Assembly (NCBI RefSeq): GCF_006345805.1
Contig: NW_021825194.1
Coordinates: forward strand, 62,001 to 126,000
Reading direction: 5' to 3'
From: Octopus sinensis
Taxonomy: Eukaryota
Length of the DNA stretch: 64,000 bases
Position numbers and translations under genes: made by a program. Below, in pieces: positions 1-12,400 of this stretch (position 1 is its first letter; each line of letters starts with the position of its first letter). The notes under the pieces are model-generated. The model had not been told where the DNA came from and did no database searches. It was given only the letters and a program-made list of their open reading frames with translations.

Positions 1-1500
1 TCTGCTACCTCCTTTATGAATAGGGCATATTTTACCTTCCTTCAGTTTTCTTGGAAGTTTGCCAGTTGCAAAGAAGCTCTGAAAGAGGAACTGCAGTGGT
101 CTTGCTAGGACTCTCTTACATACTTTTAGAAGGATTGCTGGGAATCCATCGGGGCCAGTAGCTGAGTTTGTTTTCATTTCATCTATAGCCTTTATTACAT
201 CGTCTTCCTTTATATTGATGTAATCAATCATCACTGCCTCTGATTTTATATCTGCAGTGGTAAAGAAGTCAGTTGGATTGCTGACTTGAAAATGCCCTAG
301 GGGTGGAGTGAAAATACTCTTGAATTGCTCATTTAGTATTTCACTTATCCTCATTGGATTTCCTGTGAGTGTGACATCCTTTTCAAGGAGTGGCCCTATC
401 CTACAGTGCACCGTAGCTGTTTCTTTGGCATACTTGTAGAAAGCTCTAGGGTTAGATTTTATGTTGTCTATAGCCCAGGCTTCTTTGTCTGCTCTTTCTT
501 TTTCATGGAAGAGTTGCAGACATTTTTCAATTTCCAACAGTTTTATTTTCAGGCGGGACTTTTCACTGCTTTCAATTTGTTTGTTGAGGCGATTTGAAAC
601 TTTTGTACGTCGTCTCATTAGAATTTTCCTCTCTCTGGGGATTTTGTTCTTGTGTACAGTGGCCTTTCTCTCTGGGACACATTTGTGGCCTATGGCTTGC
701 ATTACAGACATGAATTGTTGAAGTATCATATCGATGTCTGGCGAGGAGAGACATTCAGGCCAGTTTTATTTGAGGATCTCTTTCTCAATTTGTTTCCAGT
801 TTGCCTTATGGAAGTTCAAGCTGGAAAGATTCTGAGAGTTTCTTGTAGACTGCATGCTTTTCTTTGGCCCGTACATGGTCAGCTCAACCATGTTGTGATC
901 CGAGACTAATGTCGGTGTCACTATCACATTATGGATGAGATCCATATTATTTGTGAAGCAGAGATCCAGTATGTTACCTGCCTGGTTGATTGGAGTATTA
1001 TTTGCTCCATGTACAGAGTGTTGATGAGGTTCAGGAGGGACCTCGCCTGTCCTTGTTCGCATCGTGTCATTCCTGGGAGAGAAAGGCCCTCGGGCCATCT
1101 GACATTGGGCAGGTTGAAGTCTCCCATAAGAAATACACTTATGTGTTGTTCTAATGTGACTAGAAGTTCTACTTTTATAAGGCAGTCTTCAAACTTGCCT
1201 ACATGGCTTGGGGTATCCGGAGGGCGATATGTAGCACATATAACTACACCAAGTTGCCTTATATGTACAATTAGTGTGTCACACACCGAATTTGAGTATG
1301 ACAAAAGGACCTGGGGTGTGAGGTCCTCGCGGATGTACATAGCAACTCCTCCATGACTCCTTTCTTTTCTGTCGGTCCGTAGTACAACATACTGTGGTAT
1401 GTGTATTTACGCATCTGCTACGTCCGGTTTCAGGTGTGTTTCCGTAAGTGCTATGCATAAAGCTTGATTGCATGCAAAAAGGTCTCTCAAGAACGGGATT
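1..1500 (-). mobile_element. CR1/L2-group LINE fragment: degenerate ORF2 (APE endonuclease running into the start of RT)
   Basis: Frameshifted APE motifs IALTETHL, ATYRPP, LMGDFNLP, NILDLCFTNN and SDHN in the minus-strand ORFs 766-1473; SATGPDGFPAIL read manually near 130-168. Confidence 0.9.
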
Positions 1501-1511
1501 TTTGTATGTAT

Positions 1512-1563
<52 letters not shown>

Positions 1564-1573
1564 ATATATATAT

Positions 1574-1612
1574 ATCTCGGGGTCGTGGGTTCGTGCCCCA
1601 CGTTGGGTGCCA
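1574..1612 (+). pseudogene. 3' half of a tRNA-Lys(CTT)-like sequence, including encoded CCA
   Basis: ATCTCGGGGTCGTGGGTTCGTGCCCCACGTTGGGTGCCA closely matches the 3' half of animal tRNA-Lys-CTT (...ATCTCAGGGTCGTGGGTTCGAGCCCCACGTTGGGCG-CCA); 5' half is absent and replaced by (TA)n. Confidence 0.75.
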
Positions 1613-1619
1613 TTATTTA

Positions 1620-1672
1620 AATGGCGGTGCCCCAGCATGGCCACAGCTCATTAGCTGAAACTGGAAAAAATC
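1620..1672 (+). repeat. CR1-type 3' tail module
   Basis: GGCGGTGCCCCAGCATGGCCACAGCTCATTAGCTGAAAC plus A-rich end; same motif ends the CR1 copies at 7696, 29411 and 63385. Confidence 0.8.
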
Positions 1673-1687
1673 AAAAAAATCAAAATC

Positions 1688-1731
<44 letters not shown>

Positions 1732-1732
1732 G

Positions 1733-1824
<92 letters not shown>

Positions 1825-1827
<3 letters not shown>

Positions 1828-2220
1828 TATTATAAAAGGCAGATTTTATCTGCCTCCCTTTGGGAGTTATAGAAATCTACAATATAGGATTTCTTCAATT
1901 ACAATTTACCTCGCATTTTTGAGAGTACAATGCATCGCGTCATGCCAGGTCCAGTTTTTAAAATTTAAACTCCAATTAACCAAAATTTACAGAAAACTCA
2001 CATTCTGGTGTGTGTGTCAAATGCTTTTCTTAGTCTGGTTTACACCACACGCAAACGCACACACACAGTGGGCAACGAATAAAATGAAAGTAAATAGCGA
2101 CACAGTGATTTGAGGAAGACTAAAGTGAAAGTATTCTGTCTATGACGCTGATAGATACATGAGTAAAATGTATGGGAAGCTAAGAGCTAAGAGTGAGTGA
2201 AAATGTTCTTGGAAGAGAGT
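1825..2220 (+). mobile_element. 5' part of a non-autonomous Helitron-like repeat
   Basis: Starts A|TCTTATTATAAAAGGCAG, like the 5' end of the Helitron at 40.65 kb (TATATAAAAGGCAG); no 3' CTAG end found. Confidence 0.45.
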
Positions 2221-2265
2221 AATTAGTAATAAAGTAAACATACACTCATACATACATACATACAT

Positions 2266-2304
<39 letters not shown>

Positions 2305-2589
2305 CATACATACACACACACATACATACATACACACATACATACATATACATACATACATACATATACATACATACATACACACACACATACACACACA
2401 CACAGTATTGAAGCTTGAGAACAATCAGATACATTTGCAACACATCTGTTGAAAATATTATTGTTCACACACATACATATACATATATACATACAGACAG
2501 ACAGACAGATAGACACACACACACACACACACATGATCCAGCATGGCCACAACCCCAAGGCTGAAACATATAAAGAATAACAGAATATA

Positions 2590-2950
2590 AATGTGTGCAA
2601 AGTACAAGAAATATTAATGCAGTATATGGGGATTGGACAATAAGCGTAAGGCAGTGTCAATGGTGGTTCCAGAAATCCCGAGCCATAAACTACAGCCTAG
2701 AAGACGAGCCTCATCCTGAAAGATCTGTAGAACTCGACAAGGACATCCTGAAAACCCTGGTGGAACAAAATATCATCGTAACTGTTGAGGAACTAGCAGA
2801 GAAGCTTGGATTTGGTCATTCAACCATTCATTGACACCTGTGTGCTATCGGAAAAGTCAGCAAATTGGGTCAATGGGTTCCTCACGAACTTTCCGAGTCT
2901 AATTGCATGCAGAGAGTGAATGTATGCTTTTCTTTGCTGTCATATCTCAC
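2590..2950 (+). mobile_element. mariner transposase N-terminal remnant
   Basis: RNINAVYG...QWWFQK...SLEDEPHPER...ELAEKLGFGHSTIH, followed after a stop by IGKVSKLGQWVPHELS (mariner WVPHEL motif); related to the 56.1-57.0 kb copy. Confidence 0.9.
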
Positions 2951-2969
2951 CACTACTGCGCTATGTATA

Positions 2970-3605
2970 TCTATATATATAAAACTGTAGTTGTGTGAGT
3001 GTCTGTCCCCTTCGATTTAGATTCCTAACTACTCCCACATTTTGCGGTACAGTTTAACCAAATTCGGGTAGCTTATAGTCGTGATTCATATCGAGCCCGT
3101 CTGAATATTAGCGCGCGTCTACGATGAGTCTACGATTTTAAAAATAATTTAACATCATTTTTTATTCCATTTTAATGCATAATTTTTCGTGTGTCGATGG
3201 CGGCGGAGTTGGCGTCCACGCTCACACCTGCACCTGTGGGGAAGGGAGTGTAAGGAAATCAACGTCGTAATGCGTTGTCAAGGAGACCAGTGTTCTTTTA
3301 GAACAACGACTTCATGGCTTGAAGACACCAAAACAGAAATGGCTAAGAAAGCGTCTACATGAGTCTACGATTTAAAAAAAAAATTACCATCGTTTTTTTT
3401 TCCATTTTAATGCATTTTTCGCTATTATATAAGGGAAGTAACTCTCTAAAAATGTCTACGATGAGTCAACGATTTAAAAAAAATTTACCATCATATTTTT
3501 TCCATTTTTAATGCATTTTTTGCTATTTTTTGGCTATAACTCTCTAAATATGCTTATATAGTTATTTCCCTTACAAACCCGAGCAACACCGGGCGATACT
3601 GCTAG
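2970..3605 (+). mobile_element. Complete non-autonomous Helitron (636 bp)
   Basis: 5' A|TCTATATATATAAAA, subterminal hairpin CCCGAGCAACACCGGG (3578-3593), 3' CTAG|T; three internal GTCTAC(G)ATGAGTC(T/A)ACGATTT repeats. Confidence 0.85.
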
Positions 3606-3614
3606 TATATATAT

Positions 3615-3663
<49 letters not shown>

Positions 3664-3664
3664 G

Positions 3665-5875
3665 GTTTAAGTAATTGAGATTCAAGTGAGTTCTAATGAA
3701 TTCACTTGAATATGGTCCTTAACTAGGATGCACCGGAAATCTATATGGTGTTAACCATACGACAAAGTGGGGTGATTACAAATAGGAAAAAAGCAACAAG
3801 AATGGATCAATATATCGGTACAATTGTTTCGTACGAGGACATCTTTAATAAAGCGACAAAAATTGCAGTAAATATAGGTGGCTCGTACTCATCAGCCGAA
3901 AAAACATCAGAGATTCCCAAACATCAAAAGGGGTAATGTTACACTTATGAAACACCATGGAAAATTCTATAAAAGTGAGAATTTAGATAACATAATTGTT
4001 TTTTTAAGAGTTCAATTAGTATTATACAGGTTATTAAAAAGTTTTTTCAAAACATCCTAGTTTTCCAAAGAATGATGATACTAATGAGGGTGTGAGTTTA
4101 ACTGCATTGAAGAAAGTTCGATTCCTGGAGATCCGATGAAAGGTCTTGAACTTACAGAATATGTGCTTGTCCATATATGGTTCATAGTAAATTGTTAATC
4201 AAGCTATGTGAAGAAATTTTGGATACAATCGTGCAAAATTTCTGAGAACTGCTGTATTATAATCCGAGTAAGAAGCAAAGCGACAGTCTTTTCGTGTAGA
4301 GGAACAGATTGTTATTGAAATTTACAAGAATCACAGAGCTAAGGAAGAAAGTTGAATTTTACCAGTTACTGCTATTAATTGCTATAAAAAGAGGGAACGG
4401 GAAGCTAAAAGGGAGGGACACAAGTTGTTACTATAAGAAAACATCTAAGCTTATTTGGTGCAAAATTCGAACTGAGGTCATTTAATTTATTTCTTTATTT
4501 ATTAATGTTACTATTAATAGGTTGTCAGGTTACAATGAGAGGTCAGAAGAAAAGAAAAGAAAAAGAAAAAAGGAGTTATTTTCTAATGAAACCATACAAT
4601 TATATTATATTATATTATATTATATTATAATAGGTTTGGGATTAGCAGAATTAGTTATTAGTGTAAAAGAAACTAAGAAGTTTAACTAACTAATTTCCTA
4701 TAAGTAGGTTAAAGTGAAATAGACTAAGAAATAGAAAGAAAAAAATTTAAATTATCTACATAGTCTAATAGAATTAAATCAAATAACTTAAATCAATAAG
4801 TATCACCAAGTACAGTTAGAGAGAGAATATAATCATAGCTAGTTAGATCGTATCTGTCTAATTAAATATATAATATAATATATGTAGGAGTAAAGTTTAA
4901 TTCAAAGTGATTTTATACAAAGTGATTTTAATATATACTGTTATCAATTAAACCATCATTTAAAATATTTAAGAGTCCTAGTTCGAGCGTGGATACAAGA
5001 AATTCCTAATTCAATCCTGCTGTTCAATAAAATTTCATTATTTTTTCTATACTTTAATATTTCAAATGTTTCCATGGAGCAAGGTGGACAACCTACTCTG
5101 CTATTTTAATAGGGTATCGCTCTTCTAACTAATTCCCAATTAAGGTTATATTTGATATTATTGTCTTTTAGTTCCCAAATTTTACTAGAAAGAGTGGTGC
5201 TATCAGCTTTATGACGTAATCTGAAGGAGGAAAGATGATTAGTAAATATTTTCTTAAAGTTTATGGTACATCCTACATAAGTGAATTTATTATTATCTGT
5301 GGTTATGGAGCATTTGCAAATTATGTTATTTAACCCACATAAACTAGGCGCCGGGCATTTTGATTTAATTCTACAGTTACATCTAGGGGAATTATAATTT
5401 GAGGATAGAAGTCTCATACTACTGTTGCTCGAAACATTGCGGGTATATTTTTCATGGTTTTGGTTATTGCTGCTATCTAAAATAATGTTATCATTATTGT
5501 AGTTAATATTATTATCTAAAGTAGTATTATCATTTATTGGTATTCTTACATTTTCATTTGGTTCTATAACCCTACTTTCATTATTAATAATGTTATCATT
5601 ATTGTAGTTAATGCTATTATCTAAAGTAGTATTATCATTTATCGGTATTCCTACACTATCATTTGGTTCTATAACCCTACTATCATTATTAATATTGTTG
5701 ATGCTGTTAGTATTGTTGTCGGTATTGTTTTCTAAATGTGTAGTGTTATTGCAGATAACATTGCTGTCCTCATTCACTGTACTTACATTCCTGGTATTAT
5801 TAGCAATTCTATAGCTATTGGTTATACTTATTATATGACATTCATTATTCACATTCTTATTCACATTCTTCTTCA
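3665..5875 (-). mobile_element. Penelope-like element, 3' part (Asn-rich linker, CxCx5C, GIY-YIG endonuclease, 3' region with hammerhead)
   Basis: ORF 5106-6023 contains CNCRIKSKC...YVGCT..NFKKIFTNHLSSFR...STTLSSKIWELKD...WELV; hammerhead at 3815-3899. Confidence 0.85.
3815..3899 (-). ncRNA. Type I hammerhead ribozyme
   Basis: Minus strand: TCGG-CTGATGA-GTACGAG...CTCGTAC-GAAA-CAATTG-TA-CCGA; stems I and II perfect, palindromic stem III, GUA cleavage triplet. Confidence 0.9.
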
Positions 5876-7085
5876 CTAATGGTTCGTTCACTTGTCTGTG
5901 TTCCAACGGGGTGGTAAAGATACTTTTGAACTGGTCATTCAGCATCTCACTGATCTTAGTTGGACTGTCTGTGAGGGAGCCATCCTTTTGGAGGAGGTGT
6001 CCTATCTTGCAGTGTACTGACACTGTTTCTTTTGTGTAATGAAAGAAGGCCTTTGAGTTTGATTTAATGTTTTTGTAACCCAGGCTTCTTTGTCTGCTTT
6101 CTCCCTCACATAGGATTGTTGTAGCCTTTTTTCGATCTCCATCAGTGTTTTTAGGCGGGACGTTTCGCTACTTTTGGGATGTTGGTCAAGACGATTTGCA
6201 ACCTTCGTCCGTCGTTTCATGAGGATCTCCCTGTCTCTTGGAATCTTGCTCCTATTTGTTTTGGCCTTGTGCTCTGGGACATATTTCTGGCATACGGCTT
6301 GCACAGGAGACATGAAACATTCTAGTTTCATGTCAATGTCTGGTGTGGAGAGACATTCCGGCCAGTCCTCTCTGAGGATCTCTTTTTGGATCGATTTCCA
6401 ATCTGCTTTGTGGAAGTTCAGATTGGAGAGATTTCGGGTGCTTCCTTTAGGCTTTATGTCTCTAGTTACTTTCGGCCCAAACATAGACAGCTCTATTATG
6501 TTGTGATCCGAAACTAATGTCGGTGTCACTTTCACATCATGAATGATGTCCATATTGTTCGTGAAGCAGAGATCCAGAATGTTATTCGCCCTAGTTGGTT
6601 TGAGTACAACTTGCTCCATGAATAAGGCGTTGGTGAGGTTGAGCAGGGACTCCACCTGTACTTGCTTGCAATGATTCATTCCTGAGAGTATGAGACCTTC
6701 GGGCCATTTGACGTTGGTGAAGTTGAAATCACCCATAAGAAATATGGTCACGTGGTGTTCCAGATTCATGAGGATTTCTTTAATTCTTGTGAGGCAATCT
6801 TCAAACTTGCCTATGTGATTTGGAGCATCCGGTGGGCAATATGTATTGCATATGACTATATTATGTTGTCTTATGTATACAATTAAAGTGTCACATACTG
6901 AATTTGAGTATGTCATTAAGACCTGGGGTGTGAAGTCATCTCGGATGTATACAGCAACTCCACCATGGCTCCTTTTCCTTCTGTCTGTTCGCAGTATGGC
7001 ATAGTTTGGTATGTGTACTTCTGCGTCCTCTATATCAGGGCTGAGGTGAGTTTCCACGAGTGCTATGCATAGGGCTTGATTGCAT
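5876..7085 (-). mobile_element. CR1-group LINE segment (APE endonuclease and linker)
   Basis: ORF 6002-7213: IALVETHL, HGGVAVY, TYCPP, LMGDFNF, NILDLCFTNN, SDHNII; homologous to 1-1500. Confidence 0.92.
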
Positions 7086-7745
7086 GGATCATAAGAACAT
7101 TCAGAACCAGAGATAAGGAAACCATGATGGTCCTCTAGCGGACATTCGTCCTCATTACTGCTCACAGCTATGGTTACCCACCGGTGTGAAATTAACAGCG
7201 GACCTTGAAGCAAACCAGATAAGATTCGCGAAGATCGTCTCTTTGCAACAGCTCAGCTGCTGGGAAAGGTTGAAACAGCTAAGACTCTACTCCCTGGAGA
7301 GAAGACGGGAGAGGTATGCAGTAATATATGTCTGGAAGATCCTGGAAGGAATTGTGCCAAATTTTGGCATTGTAAGCTACACCAATGCTAGAACGGGATG
7401 ACACTGCATAGTGTCAAAGATCCCAGCAATGCCATCACGCTTCAGGACCAACTACTGCAACAGCCTGGATTTCAAGGGCCCACAGCTTTTTAATATTCTC
7501 CCAAAGAGTCTGAGGAACTTGCACAAAGTAGATGTAGCGGTTTTTAAATCAAAGCTGGACATCTTCCTGTCGAGAGTCCCAGATGAACTTACCTCACGGC
7601 AACAGGTGCAAATGAGAGTAGCTATATCAAACTCCATTCTTCACCAAGTGACACATATTACAGGAGGTTCTTCGTAATAACAGTGTAGCACAAAACGGCG
7701 GTGCATCAGCATGGCTGCAGCTCTGAGCTGAAACAAGAAAAAAAA
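7086..7745 (+). mobile_element. CR1-group LINE 3' end (ORF2 C-terminus and tail)
   Basis: ERLKQLRLYSLERRRER...GPQLFNILP...FKSKLDIFL, followed by the conserved tail hairpin and A-run. Confidence 0.92.
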
Positions 7746-7843
7746 TGTATATATATATATATATGTATATATATATGTATATGTGTATATGTATATATAT
7801 ATGTATATGTATATATGTTTATATGTATATATATGTATATGTA

Positions 7844-7875
<32 letters not shown>

Positions 7876-8026
7876 GAAAATGGAGAAATAAATTAATTTC
7901 GTTCATCAACTTACGATATTACAATTTCATAACATTTATAAATTAAACAAATGGGAACATCAAAATGAAACAAAACAATATAAATCAACATGTAGTATAA
8001 TGATAAAAATAATACAAATAAACTGC

Positions 8027-8159
8027 TCCTTACAGCTGTTTCAACCTGTGGTCAAGAGCCAATTCAACTTATGTTGCCTATAGATGTCAATGTATTATGG
8101 TTTTATGCATTAAAGATTATACTTGTATGTAAAAATAACCAAACTCCTCGTCAGAGGAT
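8027..8159 (-). ncRNA. Type I hammerhead ribozyme with long stem II
   Basis: Minus strand: TCCT-CTGACGA-...-GAAA-CAGCTG-TA-AGGA; stem II imperfect (TGGTTA/TGACCA). Confidence 0.7.
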
Positions 8160-8281
8160 ATAATTAATTTGAAAAGTATAATACTAATATAGATATACAA
8201 AATATGCTTCACTTATTATCCGATATAAACAAATAAATAATAAGACAAACATCCAAAATACATACATACATACATACATAC

Positions 8282-8322
<41 letters not shown>

Positions 8323-9631
8323 AACACATATATATATATATATAAAATATACAAATATACATACATATACATACATAGTCAAATCGTACATACTATTCAC
8401 ATGCGCAAAATACATAAAGAACAACATTGAACAATATATTACATTACATTGGGTATATCATGCGCCGTATAGTCAAGTAAATGCATTCTAATGTATATAT
8501 ACTACCACGTTCAATAGTACAAACAGTATTATTGTTTTAACGATAATACTAAACAGAAGATACCCACTATATTCATGTGTACTAACATAACAAAAATTCA
8601 CGAAAGAAGGTACGAAGTATAAATATTCACATATACACACATATATATATATACATATGCACAAACAAAATATTTGCGTATGAATATATTAATCATACAA
8701 ACATAATCCAGATATTACTTAACGCATCCACGTAGCACGAACAAGTTTAATTAGCGTCCAAAATATTCAGTCCGAATTATATGTCCAGGCTGGGTTAGGT
8801 TCGCAAAATATGTCTTTGTTATATGCATATTGGATTTCACAATGTTTACATTACTGTTATATGGATATTAAAATTAATACATCCACGTAATCAAACAAAT
8901 TTAATTTTAAAACCCGAGTAGCAACTTAAACTCCATGTCAAAGTTTAATTTAGTCCAAAGGTTTGCATTTATGTTTATGCTTATTAATATTTAAAGATAT
9001 TTAAAATTATATTGTGGGTTAGGGAGCAGTCATTTAAATCATTGTCTATTTAACTTATGCATATTAAATGTTTTAAAAAATTTATTTGGGTTAAGGGAGC
9101 GGTCACTTAAATTCATGATCTATTTCCAATTGGCTAATTCGTTTAAACGCATCCGTTAGGCCTGTTTGAAAACAATATGGGGTCAGAATGTTAGTTAGAT
9201 AGATCATAACAGTTTATCTATACTAGATAAATTGCTGGATAAAAGTACATTCATTTATATGTAAAAACTTGGATAGATATTTACAAAAAATAGACAACTA
9301 TATATTCGGTCGTATTTATACCTAAGAAGTGATTTATACTTACCTACTATCTTATTTTACACATTCGAATTGCATATATACATACACATACATGCATATT
9401 TAAACCAAAAAGTATACGATGGACAACGTAAACCTACATATATTTACGCATTACGTAAACAAAACCAACTATATCTTCTATCTTATTTAACACTTTCGAA
9501 TTGCATACACACATACAATGATATATACACACATATATCCTTACATACAAACAAACCAGTACAAACATCACATATACAAATGTGTACTGAAGTTCATATA
9601 TAATATCTAATATACAAGAAAAATAACATAA

Positions 9632-10146
9632 AATAATACTTAAAACTATCACATGCATGCACACAAATAAACCTACATGAATTTATAAAATATATATATA
9701 TACACATGCATCTACATATATACAAATCCATTAGTGACCACAATATGTTTAGCACATTGACTCATACTATGTGCATAACAATATACTAAAAACCAAAAGT
9801 AAGTACATATCAATATACATAAATATAAAGATATATTTACAAGCAAGTATCAGTATATAAAAAATACAAATATGTACACACAAAAAAACACAATAATACT
9901 TAAAACTACCACATGCATGCACACAAATAAATCTACATGAATAAATAAATATATATATATACATATATATCCACATATATACAAATCCAATAGTGACCAC
10001 AATATGTTTAGTACAGTGATTCATACTATGTGCATAACTATATGCTAAAAGTCGAAAGTAAATGCATATCAATATACATATATATATATAAATAAATTTA
10101 CACACAAGTACCAGTATATAAAAAATACAAATATGTACACACACAA
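9632..10146. repeat. Two tandem copies of a ~260-bp unit
   Basis: AATAATACTTAAAACTA(T/C)CACATGCATGCACACAAATAAA at 9632 and 9892, with colinear downstream sequence. Confidence 0.85.
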
Positions 10147-11472
10147 AACCCCCTTATATCAAAATATATAAATACATAAATATTCATATACAAATACATA
10201 TATCATACATATTATACACTTATACATAGATATACAAAAAATAATATGCCCATAATCCTTTACAATTTTGTATTCCTAAATATAATAAAGTAAAAAAGCC
10301 CTCAACAACTATTTATATATATTTTTAAAGGGTATTTAGAACTAAGCATTATTTGTATCTAGAGAAAGTATACGCCAGTCTATGAAGGCATGAGACATTC
10401 CGTTTCTGAAGATTGTTAATAATTGGTGAATTAGCCCTAATTATAAAGAAAATATCGTTTATGCATAAAGAGCATTTTCTATTCCTATTATTATATGCTG
10501 GTGCAGATGTAAGTATTTTCCATTGCAAATTATAATTGATTTTTTGTCCTTAAGCTCCCATATATATGCACTTAACTTGTAGAATTAATCCTATTCTTAT
10601 TTTAAAAAATATATCGGTGATAATTAAGTCTCTGTTTCAAATTATTCTTAGTAGCCCCAATATATAATCTATTATCATATTGTGTACTTACTATGCATTG
10701 ATATACTACCTCCTTTTTTCAAGCAGTCATTATTGAACACACAATTTTCCTTAATTCTACAATTGCACCTATTATCTTGTTGTAAATGCTTAACTTTATT
10801 ATGATTACTTGCTGCTGTGTTCTTATCAATATTATTATTATTAATATTATTATCATTATTACTTATTATTCCCATATCCATCGGCATATTATCATTGATA
10901 ATATTGCTCCCATTTATGTTATATTTTACGTTATTATTATTATTACTACTACTACCTATAGTTTTATTATTACTAATTCCATGAATATTACCCATGCTAT
11001 TATTAGTCGTTATAGCATTATTATTACTATTGCTTCCATTACTATTACTAGTACCGTTATAATTATTATATCTTACGTTATAGTGAGACACATTATTGCT
11101 ACCTAAATTATTTTTTCTATTTAGATAGAAATAATCAAGTTTTCTTATTATTAATTGAGGATATGATGGTGGCCAGATTATGAATACGGCTGTATCCTAT
11201 TCTAATAGTTTTATTATTAATTATGTCACAATATTTGTTCTTTCCTTCACCAAAATGCTTGTTTGTTAAATTGAAAATATTTCCAACTATGTTAGTTTTA
11301 ATTTGCATAGCATATGGAATTATTAACCACAGTGTATCAGTAACGTTATATTGAGTACACGGCTGATCCATATTATTTACAAGTACCCTATTCCTCTTAT
11401 TTCCTCTGTACTTTCTATAATCATTATATATATATATATGTATATATATGTGTATATATATATGTATATATA

Positions 11473-11599
11473 GGCGCAGGTGTGGTTCCGGGTCAGTCCC
11501 ACTGCGTGGCACCTTGGGCAAATGTCTTCTACTATAGCCTCGGGCCGACCAAAGTCTTGTGAGTGGATTTGGTAGACGGAAACTGAAAGAAGCCCATCG

Positions 11600-11633
<34 letters not shown>

Positions 11634-11647
11634 CTATATATATATAT

Positions 11648-11696
<49 letters not shown>

Positions 11697-11912
11697 TGTG
11701 CGTCCGTGTTTGTCCCCTAGCATTGCTTGACAACTGATGCTGGTGTGTTTATGTCCCCGTTACTTAGCGGTTCGGCAAAAGAGACCGATAGAATAAGTAC
11801 TGGGCTTACAAAAGAATAAGTTTCGGGGTCGAGTTGCTCGATTAAAGGCGGTGCTCCAGCATGGCCGCAGTCAAATGACTGAAACAAGTAAAAGAGTAAA
11901 AGAGAGTAAGAG
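11473..11912 (+). mobile_element. tRNA-derived SINE with CORE-like segment, internal microsatellite and CR1-type tail
   Basis: GGCGCAGG...GTTCCGGGTCAGTCCC, CACCTTGGGCAA, tail GGCGGTGCTCCAGCATGGCCGCAGTCAAATGACTGAAAC and (GTAAAAGA)n; same family as 18203-18611. Confidence 0.85.
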
Positions 11913-12400
11913 AATATATATGTATATATATATGTATATATGTATGTATATATGTATATATATATATGTATATATATATATGTATATATGTATATATATA
12001 TGATGGTGGCCAGATTATGAATAAGGCTGTATCCTATTCTAATAGTTTTATTATTAATTATGTCACAATATTTGTTTTTTCCTTCACCAAAATGCTTGTT
12101 TGTTAAATTGAAAATATTTCCAACTATGTTAGTTTTAATTTGCATAGCATATGGAATTATTGTATATGTATATAGATGTATATATATATGTGTGTATATG
12201 TACATCATCTCCAAACCTTCCAATATATATATATATGTATATATATAAATAGTATATGTATATATATATATGTATGTATGTTTATATGAATGTATATATA
12301 TATATATATATGTATATATAAATATATATGTATGTATATATATGTATATATATATGTATGTATGTATATATATATATATAATATATGTGTGTGTGTGTGT

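Larger units (their letters stand above)
7880..11430 (-). mobile_element. Penelope-like element, 3' part (thumb/linker, GIY-YIG, long AT-rich 3' region)
   Basis: LWLIIPY...IRIGYS...NLATIISSINNK; CNCRIKENC; YIGATKNN read near 10590-10610; hammerhead at 8027-8159. Confidence 0.75.

Noticed and set aside
1574-1612. Functional tRNA gene
   Set aside because: D-arm, A-box and 5' acceptor strand are missing
1407-2660. Many YIYI/CVCV/poly-I/poly-L ORFs here and throughout the ORF track
   Set aside because: Translations of (TA)n, (TG)n and (TAA)n microsatellites, not genes
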